Positions 1 through 7,852 of a stretch of DNA of 54,070 nt are shown in pieces. This DNA is from a virus: IMG/VR virus record IMGVR_UViG_3300012964_000006, positions 1 to 54,070 of that record; one strand, 5' to 3'. Position numbers and translations under genes: made by a program. The notes beneath the pieces were generated by a model. That model was not told the origin of the DNA and did no database searches. It saw nothing but the letters and a program-made list of their open reading frames with translations. Position 1 is the stretch's first letter; each line of letters starts with the position of its first letter.

Positions 1-123
1 GTCAATCTCAACACAGAGGCGGTAAGCGCGGGCGTAGGTGTATAGGTTTACTGTCTCCGCCGCCACTGGCGGTACTGCCTCGCCTCGTAGGTTATTACCG
101 TGGCCATTGTCAGGGCTACGATA
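1..123. repeat. Direct terminal repeat identical to 53948..54070 (contig closes on itself; unique length 53,947 bp)
   Basis: Bases 1-123 read identical to the last 123 bases of the window. Confidence 0.95.
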
Positions 124-164
124 GCCAGGGCGATCCATAACAACAGGTTCGACGGTTCGTTCAT
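48..164 (-). CDS. Small single-pass membrane protein (38 aa)
   Basis: Hand translation (below ORF-track cutoff): MNEPSNLLLWIALAIVALTMATVITYEARQYRQWRRRQ; ATG 164 with GGAGG ~6 nt upstream; follows dnaB stop. Confidence 0.45.
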   Translation of the reverse strand: MNEPSNLLLWIALAIVALTMATVITYEARQYRQWRRRQ

Positions 165-178
165 TGGTTGCCTCCATC

Positions 179-1555
179 TTACATTCCCTCCAGCGAGTGC
201 CGCCTGATTTCCAAATCAACAAACTGAGCCAGGTGTTTCTTGAAGTAAACCGAAAATACCCCGGTCGGCCCGTTCCGGTGCTTGCCCACAATGATTTCTG
301 CCACGTTGGGGAATTCGGTTTTTGGGTCGTAAACCTCATCCCGGTAAACAAACATCACCACGTCGCTATCTTGCTCAATAGCGCCGCTCTCTCTCAGGTC
401 GGATAACATAGGGTGTTTATCCTGCCGGCTTTCAAGCGCCCGGCTTAGCTGGCTGATTGCCAGGATAGGAATGTTTAATTCCCTGGCCAGGGCTTTGATC
501 GACCGGCTGATAAAGCTAATTTCCTCTTGCCGGTTACCGCTGCGCCTGTCGCCGCCGTCCATTAGTTGCAGGTAATCCAGAATCAGGAGGTCCAACCCGT
601 ACTCGGCATACAGCCGCCGCGCCCTGGCCCGAAGGTCGAAGGGGGTAAGCCCCGGCGTATCATCAATGAAGATAGGCCGCTCTGCCATTGTTCCCCGGGC
701 CTGGAGGTATACCGCCCATTCGTCCTCGTGAATCTGTCCGTTTCGTAGCCGCTGCGAATCTATGCCGGTGTCAGCCGATATGAGCCGGTCGATTAGTTGG
801 CTTTCGCTCATTTCCAGGCTAAAGATAGCGATTCGCTTGGCCCATTTTTTCGCCGCGTTCAGGGCGATACTCAGGGCCAGGGAAGTTTTACCCATTGACG
901 GCCGGCCGGCCAGGACGATCATATCCGATTTTTGCAGCCCCCCCAGGAGCAGGTCAAGACCGTGTACGCCGGTCGGCAATCCGGTAATCCTGTCCTGGTG
1001 CTGCTGTAAATACTCCATCCTGTCGGCGTGGGCGTCCAGCCCCAGGCGAATGTGACGCGGCCCGCGCTGCCTGTCTTTCCGGGCGGTAATGCCAAAAAGG
1101 ATTTCTTCGGCCCGGTCCATTACCGAGTCTAAATCCTCCGGGTCGGCATAGGCCAGTCGGGCAATCTCCCCCGCCCCCTGAATCAGGTGACGTAAGCCGG
1201 CGGTACGGGCCACGATGTCAGCGTAGTACCCGGCGTGGATACTGGAAGGGGTAACGTTTATCAGGCCGGTTATGTGGGCTGGGCCGCCTATCTCGTCCAA
1301 TTGGCCCTTGTGGGTCAGGTGGTCGCACAACGTTACCAGGTCGGACGGTTTGCCGGCCTGCCACAAATCCCGCACGGCCTGGTAAATCATCCCGTTTCGT
1401 TCGATGTAGAAATCCTTAGCGGCCAGGACCGGCGCCAGTTTGATAATGACATCAGGATCAATGAGCAGGGAACCGATAACCGCTTCCTCGGCTTCGACGT
1501 TATGGGGCTGGAGCTTGTCGGGGACGGTCCCCGGCGCGTTACCGTTTTGTTTCAT
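179..1555 (-). CDS. dnaB: Replicative DNA helicase, DnaB family
   Basis: PHNVEAEEAVIGSLLIDPD N-domain, Walker A GRPSMGKTS, RecA-like C-domain; start placed at ATG 1555 (MKQNGN) which has GGAGG upstream. Confidence 0.9.
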   Translation of the reverse strand: MKQNGNAPGTVPDKLQPHNVEAEEAVIGSLLIDPDVIIKLAPVLAAKDFYIERNGMIYQAVRDLWQAGKPSDLVTLCDHLTHKGQLDEIGGPAHITGLINVTPSSIHAGYYADIVARTAGLRHLIQGAGEIARLAYADPEDLDSVMDRAEEILFGITARKDRQRGPRHIRLGLDAHADRMEYLQQHQDRITGLPTGVHGLDLLLGGLQKSDMIVLAGRPSMGKTSLALSIALNAAKKWAKRIAIFSLEMSESQLIDRLISADTGIDSQRLRNGQIHEDEWAVYLQARGTMAERPIFIDDTPGLTPFDLRARARRLYAEYGLDLLILDYLQLMDGGDRRSGNRQEEISFISRSIKALARELNIPILAISQLSRALESRQDKHPMLSDLRESGAIEQDSDVVMFVYRDEVYDPKTEFPNVAEIIVGKHRNGPTGVFSVYFKKHLAQFVDLEIRRHSLEGM

Positions 1556-1727
1556 CGGGCAACCTCCGGGCCAGGGCCACGTTAAGATCGTTGGCAATCT
1601 GCTGGAGGAGGATTTTAATATCCTCATTCCATCGGTCGAGTTCGGCCTGCAACTCCGCCCGCTTGGCTTCTTCCTCCGGGGTTAACTGCTGGGGCATTAC
1701 GATCCATTCCATCATTGGCTTGTCCAT
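1539..1727 (-). CDS. Hypothetical small acidic/coiled protein
   Basis: ORF 1539..1778 trimmed to ATG 1727 just after the initiator stop; overlaps dnaB start by 17 nt (coupled). Confidence 0.45.
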   Translation of the reverse strand: MDKPMMEWIVMPQQLTPEEEAKRAELQAELDRWNEDIKILLQQIANDLNVALARRLPDETKR

Positions 1728-1737
1728 TGTATCTGTC

Positions 1738-2550
1738 CTATCTGCGGCCTCGCCGCTCCTGTTCTGATTCCTGCTCACGCAGCCGAATGGCTTCTAACTG
1801 CTCGGCCGTAAATCCTCGCCCTTGGCCATGGTCATTACCGCTTTTGGTGTCCTCAAACTGCATCCACGTTTCGCATACCTGCCTGGGTTTTGGCGCTTCA
1901 CCCTTCCGGCCGCGCCAGTCGTTTTTGTACCACCACTCCCCAAAGGCCCGAATCAGGTCGGGGGTTATGCCGGCCTGTTGCAAAAGGTTGGTCGATTCCT
2001 GTACCTCGTGGGCCAGGCCGTTTGTCATCAACTCCGGCCTGATTCTACAAAGATCGGCAAGAGCGGCCGGAATGGGGGCGAGTTGAATTTGTTTAGGGCG
2101 GGCTCCCTCTTTCTTAGATTCTTTCTCTTCTTTCTTCAACTGACTCTGTGCAACACTTTTGTTGCACTCTGCAACAGTCACGTTGTCCTGTGCAACAGTT
2201 TGGTGCTTCTTTCTTTTAGAAGTGTTGCATTGTGCAACAGTTTGGGCCTCTATCAGGTTAATAATCTTGGCCCGGCCGGCGTCAGCATAAATGTGTGGTA
2301 CGTTTCTTAATTCCGGCGTCAGGTCTACCAGGTAGCCGGCGTCACATAGTTTTTTTATATGCCTCATCACCGTTGCCTTATCCACGCCTATATGCTCGCC
2401 TATCGTTTCCAGCGATGCCCGACAAATACGATCCTCGCCCTGGCAGTATCGCCACACCACCCCATAGACCGCCGAGGTTGTCAGGCTAAACTCTTTTGTC
2501 AAGGCGTCTATGACCGGGGTCCAGCCCTTGACCTCAGTTAGAAAGCTCAT
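1738..2550 (-). CDS. Putative replication initiator / replisome organizer (winged HTH)
   Basis: wHTH-like IGEHIGVDKATVMRHIKKLCDAGYLV; immediately upstream of dnaB; carries an iteron array inside its coding sequence; start at ATG 2550 (MSFLTEV). Confidence 0.55.
   Translation of the reverse strand: MSFLTEVKGWTPVIDALTKEFSLTTSAVYGVVWRYCQGEDRICRASLETIGEHIGVDKATVMRHIKKLCDAGYLVDLTPELRNVPHIYADAGRAKIINLIEAQTVAQCNTSKRKKHQTVAQDNVTVAECNKSVAQSQLKKEEKESKKEGARPKQIQLAPIPAALADLCRIRPELMTNGLAHEVQESTNLLQQAGITPDLIRAFGEWWYKNDWRGRKGEAPKPRQVCETWMQFEDTKSGNDHGQGRGFTAEQLEAIRLREQESEQERRGRR
2147..2245. repeat. Iteron-like array (candidate origin) inside the initiator gene
   Basis: TGTGCAACAGTTTGG perfect at 2189-2203 and 2231-2245 (42-nt spacing); partial copies 2147-2156 and 2169-2178; inverted GTTGCA(C) at 2161-2167 and 2223-2228; flanked by CT-rich tracts. 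Confidence 0.55.
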
Positions 2551-3076
2551 TGTTAAACTGGCCCTCTTGATAGCTCGTAATTGAACAGATAAAAGCGATG
2601 TCGTTAGGGTCAAGGTTAAACCATTCGCTATGGTGGCACTTATCACGGAAACGGTGATGTAGAGCCGATTCGGCCAGGTCTATATCATCGGCCGGGAAAT
2701 GATGAATCATATTTATGTATTCTTGGGGCTTCTTGCTACGAATGGTTTTTAGGCGTCGGGCCGGGTCAATTGATAGGCCAATCTTGTGCAGACCAGACGA
2801 ACTAGAAAGAAGATAGATGTAGCCGGTTCGTTTATATTCTGGCGGGTTTAGCTCTTTGGTCCGCTGCTCATTCCACTCGGCAATATCTACATTGTATTGC
2901 CCATACGTTAACGCCATTTCTTTGGCCAGGGAGTTAAATTCATCTTCCGTTAATACAAAGCCGCCCTGATCCACCAGGAAGAATCTGTCAATCTCTTCGT
3001 TGTACTGGACAGTTAAACAGGTAGAAATAAGAAGCCTGGAATGTTCGGTTTTTTCAAGAACTCTTATGATTGTCAT
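2534..3076 (-). CDS. T5orf172 / GIY-YIG-superfamily endonuclease-like protein (free-standing HEG candidate)
   Basis: GYIYLLSSSSGLHKIGLS..RRLKTI..LHHRF..SEWF motif pattern; start at ATG 3076 with AGGAG upstream; has its own promoter and leader. Confidence 0.6.
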   Translation of the reverse strand: MTIIRVLEKTEHSRLLISTCLTVQYNEEIDRFFLVDQGGFVLTEDEFNSLAKEMALTYGQYNVDIAEWNEQRTKELNPPEYKRTGYIYLLSSSSGLHKIGLSIDPARRLKTIRSKKPQEYINMIHHFPADDIDLAESALHHRFRDKCHHSEWFNLDPNDIAFICSITSYQEGQFNNELSN

Positions 3077-3267
3077 CTCGCTTGCTCCTGTGCCGAAAAC
3101 GACAAAACGCCCGTAATTTGCTGCCACTCTTGGGTGTCTAGGCCAAAGGTTAGCGAGGCATTCCTGCCAATTGAGCAAATCACGGGCGCTTTAGCGCCAA
3201 AAATAGATTGTAGAGATTGACGGGAAATAAAAAACCCCGCTGTCAACCTATGACCTAGACATCTACC

Positions 3268-3296
3268 AGTATAGCACATCTCGCCCATTTTGTCTA
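3268..3296 (-). promoter_or_regulatory. Sigma70-like promoter TAGACA-17-TGcTATACT driving the T5orf172 gene
   Basis: Minus strand: -35 TAGACA (3291-3296), 17-nt spacer, extended -10 TGCTATACT (3268-3276); overlaps the methyltransferase stop. Confidence 0.5.
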
Positions 3297-4175
3297 GTCC
3301 TCAATCCCGGTGAACAACGGCAGATCGTCGAGGTTGCCGTTATCTCGAAGGGGTTTCCACTCTTTACGCTGTTCCCGTTCGACCTCACCCACCCGCCGGC
3401 GGGCCAGGTCGCAATACTCCTGGCTGATTTCAAAACCGAGATACTGCCGGCCGGTGACTACGGCCATTTTGGCAACCGTGCCGCTGCCTATCATCGGGTC
3501 AAAAACTATGTCGCCGGGATTGCTCCAGCTTAAAATATGGTCGTGGGCCAGGGCCTCGGGGAAAATTGCCGGGTGGTTAAAAATATATCTTTCGCTGTCT
3601 GGTTGCGTCCTTCCGGCCAAATAAAACCAGATATTACCCCTTATCGTTTTGTCGCTCGTGACTATGTGGTTTCTAGTTTGTGACTTCCTGACCGCTGCCC
3701 CTTGTCCAAAGCTGGCAGCCCGGCCCTTCATTGATTGCTTTTGCCCGGCGTGTTTGGTTGGCTCCATTATCGGATTGAATACTGCGGGTTTGCCTTTACT
3801 GAGGATAAACATATACTCAAATTTTTGTTCATAGCGATTATGGGTTAAAGGTGGTTTATCCCATTGATAAATCATTGTATCGTGTAGGTTAAACCCCAGC
3901 CCCATAAAATACAGGACCTGCCGAAAGCTATTACCTGATTCGCTCCCGTCCTTAGTTTCATCCCCCACGACCCAAACCACCACGCCGCCCGGCTTTGTCA
4001 CCCGGTAAAGCTGCTGAGCTATCCGCCCAAAGGGAAACACAAAGCCATTGTACCGCCGTAGTCCATCATAGGGCGGACTGGTTACGGACAGATTAATACA
4101 GTTATCCGGCAGAGCCGCCATAAGTTGGCTGCACTCGCCACAATGGATACTGTTTAATGGATACGGCCCCAACAT
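3294..4175 (-). CDS. DNA methyltransferase, beta-class N4/N6 (SPPY type)
   Basis: Motif IV TSPPY near the N-terminus, motif I FDPMIGSGT near the C-terminus. Confidence 0.85.
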   Translation of the reverse strand: MLGPYPLNSIHCGECSQLMAALPDNCINLSVTSPPYDGLRRYNGFVFPFGRIAQQLYRVTKPGGVVVWVVGDETKDGSESGNSFRQVLYFMGLGFNLHDTMIYQWDKPPLTHNRYEQKFEYMFILSKGKPAVFNPIMEPTKHAGQKQSMKGRAASFGQGAAVRKSQTRNHIVTSDKTIRGNIWFYLAGRTQPDSERYIFNHPAIFPEALAHDHILSWSNPGDIVFDPMIGSGTVAKMAVVTGRQYLGFEISQEYCDLARRRVGEVEREQRKEWKPLRDNGNLDDLPLFTGIED

Positions 4176-4177
4176 CT

Positions 4178-4438
4178 CTACCCCTTCCCGGCTTCGCCGC
4201 CGGCCTTACCTGCCCGCCGCAACTCAACCAGCCTGGGCCGGTAGTCAATATGCTTGTCCTGCACGGCCCTAACCGCCTTAATAACATTTACCGCCGCCTG
4301 GACTATCTCAGGATCGTCGCTTTCGTTCATAATCCACTCGGCATACTCGGCTGCGTCCAGAAGCAAGGCAATGGTATTATCTAAAAACTCCTGGTCTACG
4401 TCGACCGTCCACCCATTAACCGATGGTTTGCCGGCCAT
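4178..4438 (-). CDS. Hypothetical protein
   Basis: 86-aa ORF packed between flanking genes in the same operon. Confidence 0.55.
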   Translation of the reverse strand: MAGKPSVNGWTVDVDQEFLDNTIALLLDAAEYAEWIMNESDDPEIVQAAVNVIKAVRAVQDKHIDYRPRLVELRRAGKAGGEAGKG

Positions 4439-4442
4439 TGGA

Positions 4443-4754
4443 TCACCCCTCTTGCTCTAGCTTAAAAGCCCGGCGAATCCTGTCGGCTAATTGGGAATTG
4501 TGGAGCGATTCGTATCCAACCTTGATAATCCCGGCGAAGCCCACTCCGAAGAATAGCGTCAGCCAGGTGTTGGCATCCAGCCGGCCGGCCATCACGAACG
4601 GAAACGACCAAAAGAAGATGATGAAATAGCCGGTTGTCCAGCGGTAATTTTCCTGGCGTTTCCAAAGTTTGCCCAGGGTGGGCGTGGTGATGCAGACCGT
4701 TACAATGATGAGCGTCCAGTAAATCAAATTTGGGATTGAAAAGAAGCTATCCAT
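4443..4754 (-). CDS. Membrane protein (3 predicted TM helices)
   Basis: Hydrophobic segments; AAGGAG upstream of ATG 4754; first gene of the minus-strand early operon. Confidence 0.65.
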   Translation of the reverse strand: MDSFFSIPNLIYWTLIIVTVCITTPTLGKLWKRQENYRWTTGYFIIFFWSFPFVMAGRLDANTWLTLFFGVGFAGIIKVGYESLHNSQLADRIRRAFKLEQEG

Positions 4755-4780
4755 AATTGGTCACAAACTCCTTATAAAGT

Positions 4781-4794
4781 AGTACACTTGTTCT
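4781..4794. promoter_or_regulatory. LexA-like box AGTACACTTGTTCT
   Basis: Minus-strand reading AGAACAAGTGTACT, 27-40 nt upstream of ATG 4754; same family as boxes at 41793, 42140 and 43449. Confidence 0.4.
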
Positions 4795-5162
4795 ATATGA
4801 TAGGACTAAATACCTATCTAAAAGTACCTCAGAAAACCCTGCACATTACTAACATATTTTTTTATAATTGCTTTAACTGCTGAGAAATTCCGCTGCTTTT
4901 GGGGAAATTCGGGGTTTGGTTCATATAAGTCAAATTATATGAACCTGTACCCTGGTTTCCCGCCACCGTTTTAGAACCTTTGTTTTTCGGGTTTCCATAT
5001 AGCACAATCGTTCTTTCAGGCTTTTGCTTGAGGGCCAATGACCGGGGTAATATGGGGGTACGGCAGAGGTTTTAACGTGGGCCGTAGCCGGTCCGATCAC
5101 GGGCCGTTTAGGGTGCCGTCCTGGTTGCCCGTCGAAAGCTGGCCAGGCGGCGATAGATAGAA

Positions 5163-5196
5163 AAGAAGCTCCTACCCAAGAGGGTGGGGGCTTCTT
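5163..5196 (-). terminator. Stem-loop terminator downstream of the XRE gene (possibly bidirectional)
   Basis: AAGAAGC(5163-5169)/GCTTCTT(5190-5196) with inner GC pairs; T-rich on both sides. Confidence 0.5.
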
Positions 5197-5199
5197 ATT

Positions 5200-5418
5200 T
5201 TAGTCAGGTTCTACCGTAAAAAGGGAATCGACCGTAACGCCCAGGGCGTTGGCAATGCCAGCCATTGTCTTTAGGCTAACATCGTCAATGTGATCACGTT
5301 TTGCCAGCCGGTAAATGTGGTTAGAGTGCTTCCCCATCATTTGGGCCAGCTTGTAGGCCGAGACTCCTTTTTGCTTTAGAACGGCATCGATATTACTCTT
5401 GATTGCCACTTCTAACAT
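5200..5418 (-). CDS. XRE/Cro-CI family HTH transcriptional regulator
   Basis: KQKGVSAYKLAQMMGKHSNHIYRLAKRD HTH pattern; ATG 5418 with GGAGG upstream; divergent from the early plus operon. Confidence 0.8.
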   Translation of the reverse strand: MLEVAIKSNIDAVLKQKGVSAYKLAQMMGKHSNHIYRLAKRDHIDDVSLKTMAGIANALGVTVDSLFTVEPD

Positions 5419-5450
5419 TTCGCCTCCACTTTTATTCAAACTGTGCCCTA

Positions 5451-5479
5451 ATCATACCACACAATATTGGTACTGTCAA
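5451..5479 (-). promoter_or_regulatory. Promoter TTGACA-17-TGgTATGAT for the XRE gene
   Basis: Minus strand: -35 TTGACA (5474-5479), 17 nt, TATGAT (5451-5456) with TGn extension. Confidence 0.6.
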
Positions 5480-5509
5480 TAGACGGACTACATCTTTAAG
5501 GTAATACCC

Positions 5510-5538
5510 TTGACAAACAGTACCATCTATGGTATACT
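5510..5538 (+). promoter_or_regulatory. Early rightward promoter TTGACA-17-TGgTATACT
   Basis: TTGACA 5510-5515, 17-nt spacer, TATACT 5533-5538; spacer holds TACCAT..ATGGTA inverted repeat (possible operator). Confidence 0.65.
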
Positions 5539-5576
5539 TTAATTATCAACAATAACCATACGAAAGGCAACGACAA

Positions 5577-5810
5577 ATGACAGTTAAAATATGTGTAACA
5601 GTAGGTTGGTTCAAGGTTCCATTCAAGGACCAATTCATTATTGGCAAGTTGTCCCCTACGGCACAGCACCCCAGACGTTTCCAGGTCTGGTTTGCCAGGG
5701 ATACGCTTGATGAGGTGCGCAAGACCCTCAATAAGCGTTGCCGCGAAGGGTGGGAAGCAGTTGATTGGAATTTAAATCCAGTTGATCCCAACAATCCGGT
5801 TATCTCTTAA
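5577..5810 (+). CDS. Hypothetical protein
   Basis: First ORF after the early promoter; GAAAGG SD-like element upstream. Confidence 0.6.
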   Translation: MTVKICVTVGWFKVPFKDQFIIGKLSPTAQHPRRFQVWFARDTLDEVRKTLNKRCREGWEAVDWNLNPVDPNNPVIS

Positions 5811-5844
5811 CCACCCCTCGCCGGCCACCGGCAGAAAGGCAAGA
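5809..5844 (+). repeat. Start-associated repeat, copy 1
   Basis: AACCACCCCTCGCCGGCCACCGGCAGAAAGGCAAGA directly between a stop (5808-5810) and the next ATG (5845). Confidence 0.8.
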
Positions 5845-6006
5845 ATGATGAAGAAATACACCGCAATCACCAACGCCTCAGAAATTATCGATGTAATCGC
5901 CAGCAGCCTGGCCGATGCGATGGCCAAGATCGAGAAAGCCCTCAAGCGCCCCGGCCGCTACAGCGAGTATGACCGGTGGGTTGCAGACGGTAAGCAGGTC
6001 AAGTAA
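5845..6006 (+). CDS. Hypothetical protein (53 aa)
   Basis: ORF 5782..6006 trimmed to ATG 5845 just after the repeat/SD (MMKKYTAIT). Confidence 0.55.
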   Translation: MMKKYTAITNASEIIDVIASSLADAMAKIEKALKRPGRYSEYDRWVADGKQVK

Positions 6007-6080
6007 AAATCGCGGTCAAGCCAGAGGTAATGGGCTAACTAGTCTAAGGTCTGGAGTACAGGGTTAGCCAACCGCAACAT

Positions 6081-6118
6081 AACCACCCCTCGCCGGCCCA
6101 CCGGCAGAAAGGTCTATA
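6081..6118 (+). repeat. Start-associated repeat, copy 2
   Basis: AACCACCCCTCGCCGGCCCACCGGCAGAAAGGTCTATA ending at ATG 6119. Confidence 0.8.
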
Positions 6119-6307
6119 ATGAGCGTAATTATTACCGATAAAGGCGAACAAGTTGAAGGTAAATACCACGTCAGTTGTCATTGTTACATCTGTGGTATTC
6201 GCATCGGGTTCAATACCCCCAATCCAAACCTTGCCAAAATGAAAGATACTATTACTGATCAATCTATTGGCAAGCATTACGTTTGCCAAGAATGTTTATC
6301 CAAGTAA
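6119..6307 (+). CDS. Hypothetical Cys-rich protein (CxC..C, CxxC)
   Basis: 62-aa ORF starting immediately after repeat copy 2. Confidence 0.55.
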   Translation: MSVIITDKGEQVEGKYHVSCHCYICGIRIGFNTPNPNLAKMKDTITDQSIGKHYVCQECLSK

Positions 6308-6345
6308 CCATCCCTCGGCCGGCCGCCGGCAGAAAGGCAACGACG
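6306..6345 (+). repeat. Start-associated repeat, copy 3
   Basis: AACCATCCCTCGGCCGGCCGCCGGCAGAAAGGCAACGACG between stop 6305-6307 and ATG 6346. Confidence 0.8.
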
Positions 6346-6558
6346 ATGAAAATACAAGTAGGCGACAAGTTTAATTATCCAACCGCAGAGGTAGTTATTG
6401 AGGCCATTGAAATGCGGAATGAGACGGGTACGGGTTGGGAAGCCTGGATAATCCACGAACATCACGATCTTGAAACGGGCCAGTATACCACCCGCGATAC
6501 CCCGGCAATTGACTTTTGCCAGGCCCTGGAACGACAGGACAAAATAACCTACGGCTAA
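6346..6558 (+). CDS. Hypothetical protein (70 aa)
   Basis: ORF 6283..6558 trimmed to ATG 6346 (MKIQVGDKF) after repeat copy 3. Confidence 0.55.
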   Translation: MKIQVGDKFNYPTAEVVIEAIEMRNETGTGWEAWIIHEHHDLETGQYTTRDTPAIDFCQALERQDKITYG

Positions 6559-6768
6559 AAAACAAAAACCGGGGCAGCACACAACGCCGCCCCGGCCGAA
6601 CTAACAGAAAACGCTGAATGAATTTGGAGGTATCATAGACTAAAGAACAATGGCTCTAACTGACAACTGGTAACGAACAGTGTACCACTTGTGACAATAC
6701 AAGTCAACGGGTGGTATACATAAGGAAATTAGAAATTGGTTTGAGGAAAGTTGGAAAGGTTAAGAGAG

Positions 6769-7053
6769 ATGGCAGAAATCGAGTTTGTTAGCAGATACAA
6801 ATATCAGGATGGCGAGTCGGTTTACGTGGTCCCTGTTGACCGCAATAGCAGGGGCGAGTTGTGGCCGCGCTGCCCGGTAGGTGGCTGGAGCGCATACTAC
6901 AATGCCAACAAAAGCCAGGCCGTACTCGTGGCCAGTAAAACAGCATCGAGTTATCTGGACAGGCGCGGCTACGCCAGGAAGATCGGCGTGGTCCGGTTTG
7001 CCTGGAATGGCAATATTGAGGCCGGCCTACGGCAGATTGGTTTCGGCCGGTAA
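6769..7053 (+). CDS. Hypothetical protein
   Basis: ORF 6751..7053; ATG 6769 preceded by AAGGTTAAGAGAG; weak GTGACA-18-TGgTATACA promoter at 6691-6720. Confidence 0.5.
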   Translation: MAEIEFVSRYKYQDGESVYVVPVDRNSRGELWPRCPVGGWSAYYNANKSQAVLVASKTASSYLDRRGYARKIGVVRFAWNGNIEAGLRQIGFGR

Positions 7054-7318
7054 TGGGAGGGCGACGAAATAAAGCTGGGTGACGAGATATTTGATGGAAC
7101 AATGTGGTGATTGGTCAGGGTCACGCATACTGGCTACGCGGCCGGTTACCGGCCGGGTATGGTGGTCGAGTCGGGCCAGTGGGTCCGGCGATGGGTAAAT
7201 GATAACGCGCCGCGCTGGAGCGAACGCGATGCGTTTGATATGAATGAGTGAAAACGACACCGGCCCGATGCTGCGAACACCGGGCCGGCCAGACAGACTA
7301 CCGCTTGGAGACGGTAAA

Positions 7319-7540
7319 ATGAACAACACAATGGTATCACAAATCGAGGCCACTGTCAACGGGCCAGAATGGGATCAGGAAGCCGGCGAGTATGCCGTTT
7401 ATCTGGACGGGCAGCGGATCACCTGGGCCGAAACCGAAACGGCCGGGTGGGCAGCGTACAGCGCGGCCAGGTCGGCTAAGGCGGCGCACTACACCCGGAT
7501 GCAGAACCGGGTAGACTTGGGGGTGCAGTATGTGGCTTAG
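7319..7540 (+). CDS. Hypothetical protein
   Basis: ORF 7244..7540 trimmed to ATG 7319 (MNNTMVSQ) with GGAGACGG upstream. Confidence 0.5.
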   Translation: MNNTMVSQIEATVNGPEWDQEAGEYAVYLDGQRITWAETETAGWAAYSAARSAKAAHYTRMQNRVDLGVQYVA

Positions 7541-7646
7541 ATATTGCGCCTGGGGCAAACACTACTTTGGTTTCAAGTTCTCCTGGCCGTTCTGGCAGAT
7601 GGGCGTCACCCACGGGATTTGTAAGAAGTGCGGCAGGGGGATGTGA
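7530..7646 (+). CDS. Small Cys-containing peptide (38 aa)
   Basis: Hand translation MWLRYCAWGKHYFGFKFSWPFWQMGVTHGICKKCGRGM; start overlaps the previous stop, stop overlaps the next start (ATGTGATGA). Confidence 0.35.
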   Translation: MWLRYCAWGKHYFGFKFSWPFWQMGVTHGICKKCGRGM

Positions 7647-7852
7647 TGAGTAGACAGGAATTAATCACCCTTGCGCGTTCGCAGGGGGCGACGCATTACA
7701 GCGTCCTGTACGATGAGTTTTACCGGCCGGTCGACGGCCAGGCCCACGCCTGGCAATCGTGCCAGGTGCTGGAAGGCGAGAACGGTTTACACCTCGGATG
7801 GTGGCTCAGAGATTGCCGGGACTATCCACCGGAAAGCGCGGTGACGATATGA
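7646..7852 (+). CDS. Hypothetical protein, paralog A
   Basis: MSRQELITLARSQGATHYSVLYDEFYRP..ESAVTI; tandem paralog of 7849..8049. Confidence 0.6.
   Translation: MSRQELITLARSQGATHYSVLYDEFYRPVDGQAHAWQSCQVLEGENGLHLGWWLRDCRDYPPESAVTI

Noticed and set aside
3073-3288. 71-aa ORF (MGEMCYTGRCL..)
   Set aside because: It overlaps the promoter and structured leader of the T5orf172 gene. Its only similarity (to the N-terminus of ORF 52906..53700) is explained by the shared non-coding cassette.
6569-6595. Hairpin CCGGGGC..GCCCCGG after gene 6346..6558, considered as a terminator
   Set aside because: It has no U-tract on the plus strand. The T-run is on the minus strand, where no gene needs terminating. 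Left unannotated.
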